A stretch of 34,128 bases of DNA. It comes from Micrococcaceae bacterium UBA3381 (GTDB taxonomy: Bacteria > Actinomycetota > Actinomycetes > Actinomycetales > Micrococcaceae). How positions within the stretch are numbered: position 1 is the first letter of the stretch; each line of letters opens with the position of its first letter. The notes beneath the pieces were generated by a model. The model made no database searches. It saw only the letters and a program-made list of their open reading frames with translations, and was not told where the DNA came from. Location of the stretch: the NCBI GenBank assembly GCA_002358975.1, contig DEPX01000059.1, forward strand, positions 15,657 to 49,784, written 5' to 3'. Below, piece by piece: positions 1 through 8,777 of the stretch. A program made the position numbers and the translations under genes.

Positions 1-609
1 TTCTACAACTGTTTCGGACAAAGCGAGATGGCGCCGTTATGTACTGTGTTGCGCCCTGAAGAACATGACGAGCGCCCAGCATCAGCGGGGCGGCCAATTT
101 CAACTGTTCAGATGCGGGTGGTCGATCCTACTACCGGCGAAGATAGTGGTGTGGGTGTGGCCGGTGAAGTGCAATATCGATCGCCCCAGCTATTTTCGGG
201 ATACTGGAATAAACCGGAGCAGACAGCCGAAGCATTTATGGATGGCTGGTTCCGCTCCGGTGACATGGTGATTAAAGACGCAGACGGTTACATCGAAGTA
301 GTCGATCGGATCAAAGACGTAATTAATACCGGGGGTATTCTGGTGGCGTCCAGAGAGGTCGAAGACGCCATTTATCGACATGAAGCTGTTGCAGAAGTGG
401 CTGTCGTTGGCCGCACTCACGAGAAATGGATCGAGCAAGTGACTGCGGTAATCGCGCTTAAAAATGGTTATGAACAGGTCACCGGCGATGACATCCGAGA
501 GTTTACCCGTCAGTATTTAGCCCGTCATAAAGTGCCCGGGCACGTTGAATTTGTCGCCGAACTACCAAGAAACCAGTCGGGAAAAATACTCAAACGTGAG
601 CTGAAGTAA
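1..609 (+). CDS. Acyl-CoA synthetase / AMP-binding enzyme, 5'-truncated by window edge
   Basis: Open from base 1 (FYNCFGQSEM...); ANL motifs GWFRSGD, VDRIKD and C-terminal LPRNQSGKI. Confidence 0.92.
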   Translation, partial: FYNCFGQSEMAPLCTVLRPEEHDERPASAGRPISTVQMRVVDPTTGEDSGVGVAGEVQYRSPQLFSGYWNKPEQTAEAFMDGWFRSGDMVIKDADGYIEVVDRIKDVINTGGILVASREVEDAIYRHEAVAEVAVVGRTHEKWIEQVTAVIALKNGYEQVTGDDIREFTRQYLARHKVPGHVEFVAELPRNQSGKILKRELK

Positions 610-619
610 CCAAATTGCT

Positions 620-2377
620 TTAGCGGAACTGTGCGTCTGAAAACTCGAATCCATAGCCCTCAGCAGAGGTACGTTTCGCTAGCATAGAGGCGGTATGTTG
701 GCCCTGGTCACCGTGGGTGGCGATTTCATCTTGTCGTAGCGCCACGCGACGGATCTTGCCGGACACCGTTTTAGGCAGTTCGGTTACAAACTCGATGCGA
801 CGAATTCGAGCATAAGGTTGCAGCGTGGTTCGCGCATGAGAAAAAATATCATGGGCCGTTTCAGCGGTAGGCAGGTAGCCCGGAGAAAGCACCACATATG
901 CCTTAGGAACTGCTGTCCGAATCGGATCTGGGCTGGGCACGACTGCCACTTCTGAGATGGAGGGGTTCCCCATTAGCCCGTTTTCTAATTCAAAGGGAGA
1001 CAACTTATAGTCAGAGGCTTTAAACAGGTCATCGGCCCGACCGACATACGTATAAATACCGTTTTTATTGCGTGACATGAGATCCCCGGTGAGATATAAC
1101 TCAGAGCCGAAGGCTTCGACATTTCGTTCCTCATCTAAATAGTACCCAGGGGTCAACCCTACGGGCTTGGGCGCAATCCGTAATGCGACTTGGCCGGTAC
1201 CGGCTCCGTCAATAAGCTTGCCCGTCAATTCGTCGACTAGTTCGATGTGAAAACCAGGAAGCGGTTTGCCAAGCGCACCGGCAGCAACGTCAAGCCCAGG
1301 TGTGGTAGCAATTTGAAGAGTAGTTTCGGTTTGCCCATAACCATCTCGGATAGTTACACCCCACGCTTGTTGGACTTGCTGCAGCGTGGCGAGATTCAGT
1401 GGTTCGCCCGCCGATAGGGCATTAGTCGGTGGGGTATTTAATCGTCCCATATCAGCGTGAACCAGCATGCGCCAGACGGTGGGTGGAGCACAAAGACTGG
1501 TCACACCGAATTTGTCAATCACATCCAATACGATGGCAGGGTCAAACCGTGCATAGTTGATCGCTAATACAGTTGCCTCACCTATCCATGGAGTAAAAAA
1601 AGACGACCATGCATGTTTGCCCCACCCCGGCGAAGAAATATTCAGGTGCACGTCGTCGCTATCTACACTAAGCCAGTACAGCGTTGAGAAATGCCCAATT
1701 GAATAGGACTCCTGAGTGTGCAGTACCATTTTTGGTTCACTGGTGGTGCCCGATGTGAAATACACCATCATTTCGGCGTCGGCTGGGGTAGGATCATCAA
1801 CGATAAATTCGCGATTGCATGTGTAAGCATCGGCATATGCATAGGTGTTGGGGCTAGTTGCATTGCCAGTAACAACAATGCCTAGTGAATTTGGGTCAAC
1901 CCCAAATTCAGTTAACTTCTGAAGTTTGTAAATATTCTTGGAATTAGTTAGGACCCAGTCGACATCGGCTCGCTGGATTCGCGAAGCCAGCGCTTTGGCA
2001 TCGAGCATGACAGTCGTTGGCAGGATAACAGCACCAATTTTGATGCAAGCTAGCATGGCTTCCCATAGTTCCACCTCGTTATCCAACATCATCATGAACT
2101 TATCCCCGCGGGTAACGCCAAGTGTCTGCAACCAGCCGGCGACCTGCGTTGATCTAGCCGACAGCTGCGCAAAGGTCAAAACCTGAGTCCCAGCATCACC
2201 GGTGACTATTAAAGCTGGCTGACCGGAGCGATCAGGGTTTTGGGCAATGACATCAAACCAATCAAGTCCGAAATTGAAATGCTCGAGGTGGGGCCAGCTG
2301 AAATGCTCAACTGCCTCGTTCAAGTCCAATGCCATAAGGCGATCACGGGCAGCACGGTATTGTTCGCTGACGTTCAT
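620..2377 (-). CDS. Acyl-CoA synthetase (medium-chain/acetate-CoA ligase-like)
   Basis: P-loop YFTSGTTSEPK, DGYGQTE, YLTGD, VGRADD, LPKTVSGKI; RBS AAGGA upstream. Confidence 0.92.
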   Translation of the reverse strand: MNVSEQYRAARDRLMALDLNEAVEHFSWPHLEHFNFGLDWFDVIAQNPDRSGQPALIVTGDAGTQVLTFAQLSARSTQVAGWLQTLGVTRGDKFMMMLDNEVELWEAMLACIKIGAVILPTTVMLDAKALASRIQRADVDWVLTNSKNIYKLQKLTEFGVDPNSLGIVVTGNATSPNTYAYADAYTCNREFIVDDPTPADAEMMVYFTSGTTSEPKMVLHTQESYSIGHFSTLYWLSVDSDDVHLNISSPGWGKHAWSSFFTPWIGEATVLAINYARFDPAIVLDVIDKFGVTSLCAPPTVWRMLVHADMGRLNTPPTNALSAGEPLNLATLQQVQQAWGVTIRDGYGQTETTLQIATTPGLDVAAGALGKPLPGFHIELVDELTGKLIDGAGTGQVALRIAPKPVGLTPGYYLDEERNVEAFGSELYLTGDLMSRNKNGIYTYVGRADDLFKASDYKLSPFELENGLMGNPSISEVAVVPSPDPIRTAVPKAYVVLSPGYLPTAETAHDIFSHARTTLQPYARIRRIEFVTELPKTVSGKIRRVALRQDEIATHGDQGQHTASMLAKRTSAEGYGFEFSDAQFR

Positions 2378-2394
2378 TGAGCATCCTTTATCCC

Positions 2395-2411
2395 GAATAT
2401 TGCAAATATTC
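2395..2411. promoter_or_regulatory. Perfect 7-3-7 palindrome upstream of the acyl-CoA synthetase, possible operator
   Basis: GAATATT-GCA-AATATTC between a minus-strand TAGACT -10-like hexamer and the RBS. Confidence 0.35.
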
Positions 2412-2509
2412 TGACAGTCTAACCAACGCTCAGCAGTGTCTAGTCGTGTGCGTCGTTTTCAGCGTAGATGCTGTACATTTGAGCTCTTCGCCGTATTGGG
2501 CACTGAGTC

Positions 2510-3532
2510 TCATTTCCAGCCCAGCAATTTGAATGCCTCATACCAGCCAGCAAAAATTTCCCGGTTCCGCTCAGGCCCCAGCTGTGCAGGATTGGCAAAA
2601 AGCACATAGTCGGCTTCAACGACCGCTTGGTCTTGGGAAAGCAACTGAGCCAGTTCATCTACTCTGCCGACATACGTTGGACCCGAACGTGCCGGACTGC
2701 CATCTAAATGACCAGCCTGATCGAGGTTACTACTGGCTCGCCCGAACATACGCTCATCGGCACTTGAACGTATAGCAAACATGGAACGAGTGACGGCGGT
2801 CATGCCACCGGTGCTAAATCCGGAGGCCTCGTAGGCTTGCTTGTATTGCCTGATCTGTTCGGCTTGTTGAACATGAAATGGTCGGCCATCGTCTTGCAAC
2901 AGCAGCGTGGACGACAATAAGTTGTAGCCTTGTTTGCCGGCGACACCTCCGGAAGCAACGGAACCAGAACCCCACCACAGACGATTAAGCAAGGTAGGGG
3001 ACTGTGGCTGTGTCACCAGCTGGGTTGCCCCACCCGGAGACCACGGAGAATTCGGGTCACCAGTGGCCACCGGATTACCGCCAAGAGCATGCCGTATGCG
3101 CTGACCACGGTGCTGAGCGACATCGCTCCAAGTTTGGCCGGGCCCGAGAGTATAGCCGAACTGTGTTTGACCATCCAGAGCAGCTTCTGGTGACCCACGA
3201 GAAATGCCCAATTGCAGTCGTTCAGCAGAAATCAGATCTGTGGTGGCAGCCTGCTCGGCAAAATAGAGTGGATTTTCATAACGCAAATCAATGACACCGG
3301 TACCCAACTCGATTGTTGAGGTCTGGGCAGCCATGGCAGCAAGTATTGGAAACGGTGAAGAAATCATCCACTGAAAGTGGTGCACACGAAACCAGGCACC
3401 ATCGAGACCTTCTTCCTCAGCAGCTATCGTCATCGCTAGTTGGTCTTCGATCGCAGTCTTCGCATCAACGGTGCCCGTCTGCCGCTTATAGCCAAAATTA
3501 CCAAAGTTTAGAAATCCAAGTTTTTTCTGCAT
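2510..3532 (-). CDS. LLM-class flavin-dependent oxidoreductase (luciferase-like)
   Basis: GLDGAWFRVHHF, IELGTGVIDLRYENP, RLQLGISRGS; ATG at 3532 preferred over the longer ORF-track start. Confidence 0.88.
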   Translation of the reverse strand: MQKKLGFLNFGNFGYKRQTGTVDAKTAIEDQLAMTIAAEEEGLDGAWFRVHHFQWMISSPFPILAAMAAQTSTIELGTGVIDLRYENPLYFAEQAATTDLISAERLQLGISRGSPEAALDGQTQFGYTLGPGQTWSDVAQHRGQRIRHALGGNPVATGDPNSPWSPGGATQLVTQPQSPTLLNRLWWGSGSVASGGVAGKQGYNLLSSTLLLQDDGRPFHVQQAEQIRQYKQAYEASGFSTGGMTAVTRSMFAIRSSADERMFGRASSNLDQAGHLDGSPARSGPTYVGRVDELAQLLSQDQAVVEADYVLFANPAQLGPERNREIFAGWYEAFKLLGWK

Positions 3533-3666
3533 AACTACGAAACATTTCAAATCTGAAAGATATTCCGGAGGGGCCTGGGCCACCTGGATCTTATGATCGT
3601 AATTTCTCCACAGGCTCAGACCAGAACTGGGTGTTTCGTTAGCGAATCTGGGATACTAGGTCTGTT

Positions 3667-4929
3667 ATGACTACCGCTCACGTAAAGACACCGACAGCCG
3701 GACCGGGCCCTGCGTTCGCAACTCGGCAACGCGGCACTGGAGACCAAGGCGAAAACCATCCTGTGCCGTCGAAAAATGCCATGCAGCTGCCACCACTGCA
3801 GATCGGCAACTTAGACATCGACGTTCCAGTTGTGTTGGCGCCGATGGCAGGCATCACTAATACCGCCTTTCGGCGTTTGTGCCGCGAATACGGGGGAGGC
3901 CTCTACGTCTCCGAGATGGTGACGGCCCGTGCCCTTGTAGAACGCCACCCAGAGTCGATGCGAATCATTGACCACGATGATGACGAAGTCCCTCGCTCGG
4001 TGCAACTGTACTCGGTGGACCCGGTGTATACCCGTAAAGCGGTACGTATGCTGGTTGAAGAAGATCGCACCGATCATCTGGACTTAAACTTTGGTTGTCC
4101 GGTCCCCAAGGTTACTCGTAATGGTGGGGGATCGGCCCTTCCGTGGAAAATTGAGTTGTTTACCGCCATTGTCCAGGGTGCCGTGAAGGAAGCCGAACGC
4201 GCTAACATACCCGTGACCATCAAAATGCGGCGGGGTATCGACGAAGACCACCTGACCTATTTAGAAGCAGCCCGTCGTGCCGTTGATGTCGGAGTGTCCG
4301 CGGTAGCCTTGCATGGAAGAACCATGCGACAGCACTATTCCGGTCAAGCAAATTGGGACTCGATTGCTCGGTTGAAAGAAACTATTACAGATGTTCCAGT
4401 ATTGGGTAACGGCGACATATGGTCGGCCGAAGATGCTATGGCCATGATCGAATATACCGGTGCCGATGGGGTAGTAATTGGTCGTGGTTGCCAGGGCCGC
4501 CCCTGGTTATTCGGTGATGTGCAAAACGCATTTACGGGTTCCAAACAACGTTTTCAGCCAAGCCAGGGTGCTGTAGCCGATGTGCTTTATCGTCATGCGG
4601 AACTTCTTGTCGAAACCTTCGGGGGCAACGAAGACAAAGCTATGCGTGACATCCGCAAACACGTCTCATGGTATTTCAAAGGTTATCCGGTAGGTGGCGA
4701 TATGCGCCGGTCATTAACCGCCGTGGAAACGCTTGAGCAATTGCGTGAACTTTTGGCCACTGTAGATCGTACCGTCCCCTATCCTGGCGCCGATGCAGAG
4801 GGCCCACGTGGCCGAGCCGGTGCCCCGAAGAAACCGCACTTGCCCGAAGGCTGGCTTGACTCACAAGACATCACCGATGAACATCGGGCCCAGATTCATG
4901 AAGCAGAGTTAGATATTTCCGGGGGCTAA
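3667..4929 (+). CDS. dusB: tRNA-dihydrouridine synthase DusB
   Basis: LAPMAGIT, DLNFGCP (catalytic Cys), LHGRT, GNGDI; dusB-dgt-dnaG order typical of Actinobacteria; start could be 3781. Confidence 0.93.
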   Translation: MTTAHVKTPTAGPGPAFATRQRGTGDQGENHPVPSKNAMQLPPLQIGNLDIDVPVVLAPMAGITNTAFRRLCREYGGGLYVSEMVTARALVERHPESMRIIDHDDDEVPRSVQLYSVDPVYTRKAVRMLVEEDRTDHLDLNFGCPVPKVTRNGGGSALPWKIELFTAIVQGAVKEAERANIPVTIKMRRGIDEDHLTYLEAARRAVDVGVSAVALHGRTMRQHYSGQANWDSIARLKETITDVPVLGNGDIWSAEDAMAMIEYTGADGVVIGRGCQGRPWLFGDVQNAFTGSKQRFQPSQGAVADVLYRHAELLVETFGGNEDKAMRDIRKHVSWYFKGYPVGGDMRRSLTAVETLEQLRELLATVDRTVPYPGADAEGPRGRAGAPKKPHLPEGWLDSQDITDEHRAQIHEAELDISGG

Positions 4930-6336
4930 ATGGTGAGCGGCGGAAATCAACCAAACAAGGGGCATAAGGCAAAAGCCTCCAAATCCCCACAACAACTTAG
5001 CCTTTTTTGGCCACAACATAGGCCACCCTATGCTGGCGAAGCAACCCAGACGCCTGGCTACGACGTCTGGGATATGGCTCGGTGGGTTCCCGAGCCCAAA
5101 AAATCAACCTACCGATCCGATTTTGAACGCGACCGCGCTCGCATTTTGCACTCTGCCGCCTTGCGCCGGCTTGCCGCCAAAACACAAGTCGTATCACCAG
5201 GCGACGACGATTTCATTCGCAACCGACTGACACACTCATTAGAAGTTGCCCAAGTAGGCCGCGAATTCGGTCGCTCCCTAGGTTGTGACCCAGATGTGGT
5301 TGATGCTGCATGTCTATCACACGATTTGGGGCATCCACCATTTGGCCATAATGGGGAAAAGGCACTCGATGAGGCGGCAGCACAGGTTGGAGGATTTGAA
5401 GGTAACGCCCAAACGCTGCGGTTGCTATCACGGCTTGAACCCAAGAAAATGACCGACGATGGTGTCGCTGCCGGACTGAATCTCACCCGCGCTACCTTAG
5501 ATGCTGCGACAAAATACCCCTGGCGGAAACAGGACGCACCGTTGCAAGCTGATGGCCAGCCGACGCCAAAGTTTGGAGTCTACGATGACGACGCCGCCGT
5601 CTTCGGTTGGTTCCGCCAAGGTGTCGACGCCCAACGGTTATCTATGGAAGCTCAGGTTATGGACCTGGCTGATGATATTTCTTACTGTGTCCACGATGTG
5701 GAAGACGGTATCGTTTCTGGCATGTTCCAGCTGGGCTGGGTTGCTGATCCAGACCAACGCCAAGGCGTTATCGACACGACTCGGCACTGGTATCTGCCTG
5801 CCACTGATCCGGCCGCTATTGAGGCTGCTCTGGCCCGGTTGGAAGCGACTACGACTTGGGTGACCAGTGCAGATGGGGCCCGTCACGCGCATGCCGCTCT
5901 TAAAGATATGACCTCACAGCTTATCGGACGGTTTTCCACTGCTGCTTTTGATGCGACACGAAATGCGTACGGTAATGACCCGCTAACTAGACACACCGCT
6001 AACGTTGTCATTCCGGAAAACACGCAGGTTGAGATCGCCACGATGAAAGGAATTGCCGCGCACTATGTGATGTCATCGGAGCGTCGTCAGCCACTCTATG
6101 AAGCCCAGCGAGAGATCTTGTTGGAGCTGGTCGATTTTTTATTCGCTACTGAAGACCGTTTCTTAGAACCCATGTACGCTGAAGACTGGTGCAACGCTAA
6201 TACTGACGCGGCCCGTCTACGTGCTGTGATTGACCAAGTGGCCGCTCTGACAGACCATTCGGCGCTGATGTGGCACGGTACTTTAGTGCGCGGAACAGCA
6301 CAGCCCACAACACTGCCGCACGGACTGTACCTTTAG
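4930..6336 (+). CDS. dgt: Deoxyguanosinetriphosphate triphosphohydrolase (HD family)
   Basis: RDRARILHS, RNRLTHSLEVAQ, HDLGHPPFGHNGE, FEGNAQ, ADDISY.VHDVED. Confidence 0.93.
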   Translation: MVSGGNQPNKGHKAKASKSPQQLSLFWPQHRPPYAGEATQTPGYDVWDMARWVPEPKKSTYRSDFERDRARILHSAALRRLAAKTQVVSPGDDDFIRNRLTHSLEVAQVGREFGRSLGCDPDVVDAACLSHDLGHPPFGHNGEKALDEAAAQVGGFEGNAQTLRLLSRLEPKKMTDDGVAAGLNLTRATLDAATKYPWRKQDAPLQADGQPTPKFGVYDDDAAVFGWFRQGVDAQRLSMEAQVMDLADDISYCVHDVEDGIVSGMFQLGWVADPDQRQGVIDTTRHWYLPATDPAAIEAALARLEATTTWVTSADGARHAHAALKDMTSQLIGRFSTAAFDATRNAYGNDPLTRHTANVVIPENTQVEIATMKGIAAHYVMSSERRQPLYEAQREILLELVDFLFATEDRFLEPMYAEDWCNANTDAARLRAVIDQVAALTDHSALMWHGTLVRGTAQPTTLPHGLYL

Positions 6337-7124
6337 GTCAATACTCCGGCGAGTATTTCTGGGATTGCTACTGCCGCTGTTGACCCGAGATACACGTCCG
6401 CCCTGTTAGACAGGTCGGTACGGGTTGGATTAATTTCGATAACCGCAGCACCAGCATCCTGTCCCAGAAGCGGCAGCGACGCTGATGGTTGTACCAGTCC
6501 GGAAGAGCCAACCACGACCACCAGATCTGCTGCACGTAGTGCAGCTATGGCAGTATGGAAAGCCGTCTCGGGAAGGTTTTCGCCAAACCAGACAACACCC
6601 GGACGTAGCATCCCAGAACTACAGTGTGGACAGTCGACTGCCGGGAGCATATTATCCTGATGAAATTGTTGATCGGGTTGTATTCCGGTATATGCCGGAT
6701 CAAAGGCTGTCTCTTTGTTGCAGTCTATGCAACGGTGTTGGTGTAGCGAACCGTGCAAATGCAGCACTTTCTGCGCACCACCACGCTCGTGTAAGTCATC
6801 GACATTCTGCGTAGCCACGGTCAATGAGCCTTCGATGCCAGTCAGGTATTGTTGCCATGCGCCAATATAGTTGTGTCCGATATGAGGTCTTACACTGTTG
6901 ACCAGTACTGCTCGCCAGACATACCATGTCCAAACCATCGATGGGTTACTTCGGAAGGCTTCTTCTGTGGCCAACTGCTCGGGATCAAAACGTTGCCATA
7001 GACCACTTTGAGCGTCACGGAAAGTGGGAACACCGGATTCAGCTGACATACCCGCTCCTGACAGAACCACAACGGATCGAGCCTGCTGAGCCAGTTGGCT
7101 AGCTTGGCCCCAAACATCCAACAC
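6333..7124 (-). CDS. cobB: NAD-dependent protein deacylase (class III sirtuin, CobB-like)
   Basis: GAGMSAESGVPTFR, QNVDDLHER, LHGS, CxxC..CxxC, RPGVVWFGE, WYVWR (YxxR); GTG start overlaps the upstream TAG. Confidence 0.9.
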   Translation of the reverse strand: MLDVWGQASQLAQQARSVVVLSGAGMSAESGVPTFRDAQSGLWQRFDPEQLATEEAFRSNPSMVWTWYVWRAVLVNSVRPHIGHNYIGAWQQYLTGIEGSLTVATQNVDDLHERGGAQKVLHLHGSLHQHRCIDCNKETAFDPAYTGIQPDQQFHQDNMLPAVDCPHCSSGMLRPGVVWFGENLPETAFHTAIAALRAADLVVVVGSSGLVQPSASLPLLGQDAGAAVIEINPTRTDLSNRADVYLGSTAAVAIPEILAGVLT

Positions 7125-7921
7125 TAAAATAGCTCCGGTAAAATATCGCGAGCGGTCCCGTTGATGTAGACATCAGCATCTTCAGACAGCGGGGTGTGGC
7201 TTGGATTAACTTCGACCAACTTCGCTCCAGCTGCGGAGGCAGCGACCGGCAATGATGCCGCCGGCTGAACGATATTGGAGGTTCCCACCACGACCGCCAC
7301 GTCCGCCAAACGAACAGCATCAAGCGCATCATCCATGGCTCGTTGAGGAAGCTGCTCGCCAAACAAGACAATATCTGGACGAATAAAACCATGGGAGCAA
7401 TTAGTGCATTCGGGGGGATCTTCTAATACCAGTTGATCTAGCTCTGGGGTCGCAGCTAGCTGCTCGTCGGTGGCATTTTCTAGTGCATATTCGGCTGGAC
7501 TGTCGCATTCAAAGCAGCGAAATGTGAAAGTTGTCCCGTGCAAATGCGACAGTACTTGAGCCCCGCCGCGCTCGTGAAGGTCGTCGATATTTTGAGTAAT
7601 GATGTCTAGTTTGCCGCCATTTTGTTGGAGCTGTTGCTGCCACGAACCAAGAGCGACGTGGCCATCATGGGGGTCAACGGAGCGCATGAGCCGTGCCTGA
7701 TACAGCACCCAGGACCATACTAAGTCGGGCTGGTTCGCCATGGCTTCACGGGTAGCCAACTGCTCCGGTGAATATTTTTCCCAGAGACCCGTCCGTGCAT
7801 CACGATAGGTGGGAACACCGGAATCCGCAGACATACCCGCTCCAGTCAACACGGCGATACGTTGTGCATCACGAACCAACCCACGGGCGGCATGAATGGC
7901 TGAAGGTGAAGTTTCCGACAT
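7124..7921 (-). CDS. Second NAD-dependent deacylase (sirtuin paralog lacking YxxR)
   Basis: GAGMSADSGVPTYR, QNIDDLHER, LHGT, CFEC..CTNC, RPDIVLFGE, VVGTS; alternative GTG start at 7930. Confidence 0.9.
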   Translation of the reverse strand: MSETSPSAIHAARGLVRDAQRIAVLTGAGMSADSGVPTYRDARTGLWEKYSPEQLATREAMANQPDLVWSWVLYQARLMRSVDPHDGHVALGSWQQQLQQNGGKLDIITQNIDDLHERGGAQVLSHLHGTTFTFRCFECDSPAEYALENATDEQLAATPELDQLVLEDPPECTNCSHGFIRPDIVLFGEQLPQRAMDDALDAVRLADVAVVVGTSNIVQPAASLPVAASAAGAKLVEVNPSHTPLSEDADVYINGTARDILPELF

Positions 7922-7999
7922 AACCTCCACTTTAGGCTACGGCCACCACCTCAGCCAGATTCAGTAGCGGACGGCAGAACTGTGGAGAGTTTTGTACCT

Positions 8000-8584
8000 T
8001 TAAGAAGCAGAAATCTCTAGTTCAATTTCTTCATCGTTCGTGTCTACGAGCTCGACTTCCCAGTAGAGATTGCCGTCGTCTTCGTCGAGCTCAATTTCGT
8101 CGAAGTCGGCATCAGGGTGTTCATCAAAGGCCTGATCCAACGCTTCAGCGACGGTCACATTGGCCTGGTCAGCCTCGCGAATATCTTCATCGTCGGATTC
8201 AGTTTCGTCAAGAGTGACATCGCCATCAGGTGTAACATCCAGCTCGTGAACTGCGTTATCTGAGACAACATCCACATCATAAAGCGAACCATTGTTTTCT
8301 AGCTCTATGCTGATAATGATCCCGTCACTGTACTCAGCTTCCACTGCATCGATAACCTTGTAGACCTCACCGTTATCTGCCGCAGCATCGTCGGTTTCAT
8401 CATCAGCAGTATTCTCGCTGGATTCTTCATCGGCAGGAGCAGACGACTGCTGTGTTTCCTGATCTGCAGGTTGGTCATCTTGTGCGGGTTCTTGTGTCGA
8501 ACATGCGGTGAAAATGGTCAGCGCGCCGACTCCGGCAAGGCTTACATAAAAACGTAGCCGGGCTGTTCTGATTGTGTTAAACAT
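8000..8584 (-). CDS. Acidic lipoprotein with PepSY-like domains
   Basis: Signal peptide with lipobox FTAC; two PepSY-like repeats (IELENNGSLYDVDV, IELDEDDGNLYWEVEL). Confidence 0.8.
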   Translation of the reverse strand: MFNTIRTARLRFYVSLAGVGALTIFTACSTQEPAQDDQPADQETQQSSAPADEESSENTADDETDDAAADNGEVYKVIDAVEAEYSDGIIISIELENNGSLYDVDVVSDNAVHELDVTPDGDVTLDETESDDEDIREADQANVTVAEALDQAFDEHPDADFDEIELDEDDGNLYWEVELVDTNDEEIELEISAS

Positions 8585-8650
8585 AGGCCTATGTCCTTTA
8601 TACAGATTTTGCAGGTACCAACCATATTTAAGTATATCGATTTACTAATA

Positions 8651-8745
8651 TGTGTATAACAGCCATTAAGCCATAGCAGCACTGCATCGTGCCAGGTGTT
8701 GCAGGCTCAGTTATACTTATCCACAGGCTGAACAGTTTATCTACG
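8651..8745. promoter_or_regulatory. DnaA-box cluster upstream of dnaG
   Basis: TGTGTATAA 8651-8659 (reverse TTATACACA), TTATCCACA 8717-8725, degenerate TTATCTACG 8737-8745. Confidence 0.6.
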
Positions 8746-8777
8746 TGAAATCGGTGACGCACTCTAGACTGAAGATC

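Noticed and set aside
4930..7930. dGTPase plus Sir2 genes as an anti-phage defence system
   Set aside because: dgt is in its usual dusB-dgt-dnaG context, the sirtuins are Zn-binding CobB-type deacylases rather than defence SIR2 NADases, and the genes are convergent
8651..8745. DnaA-box cluster as oriC
   Set aside because: Too few boxes and no dnaA/dnaN neighbourhood
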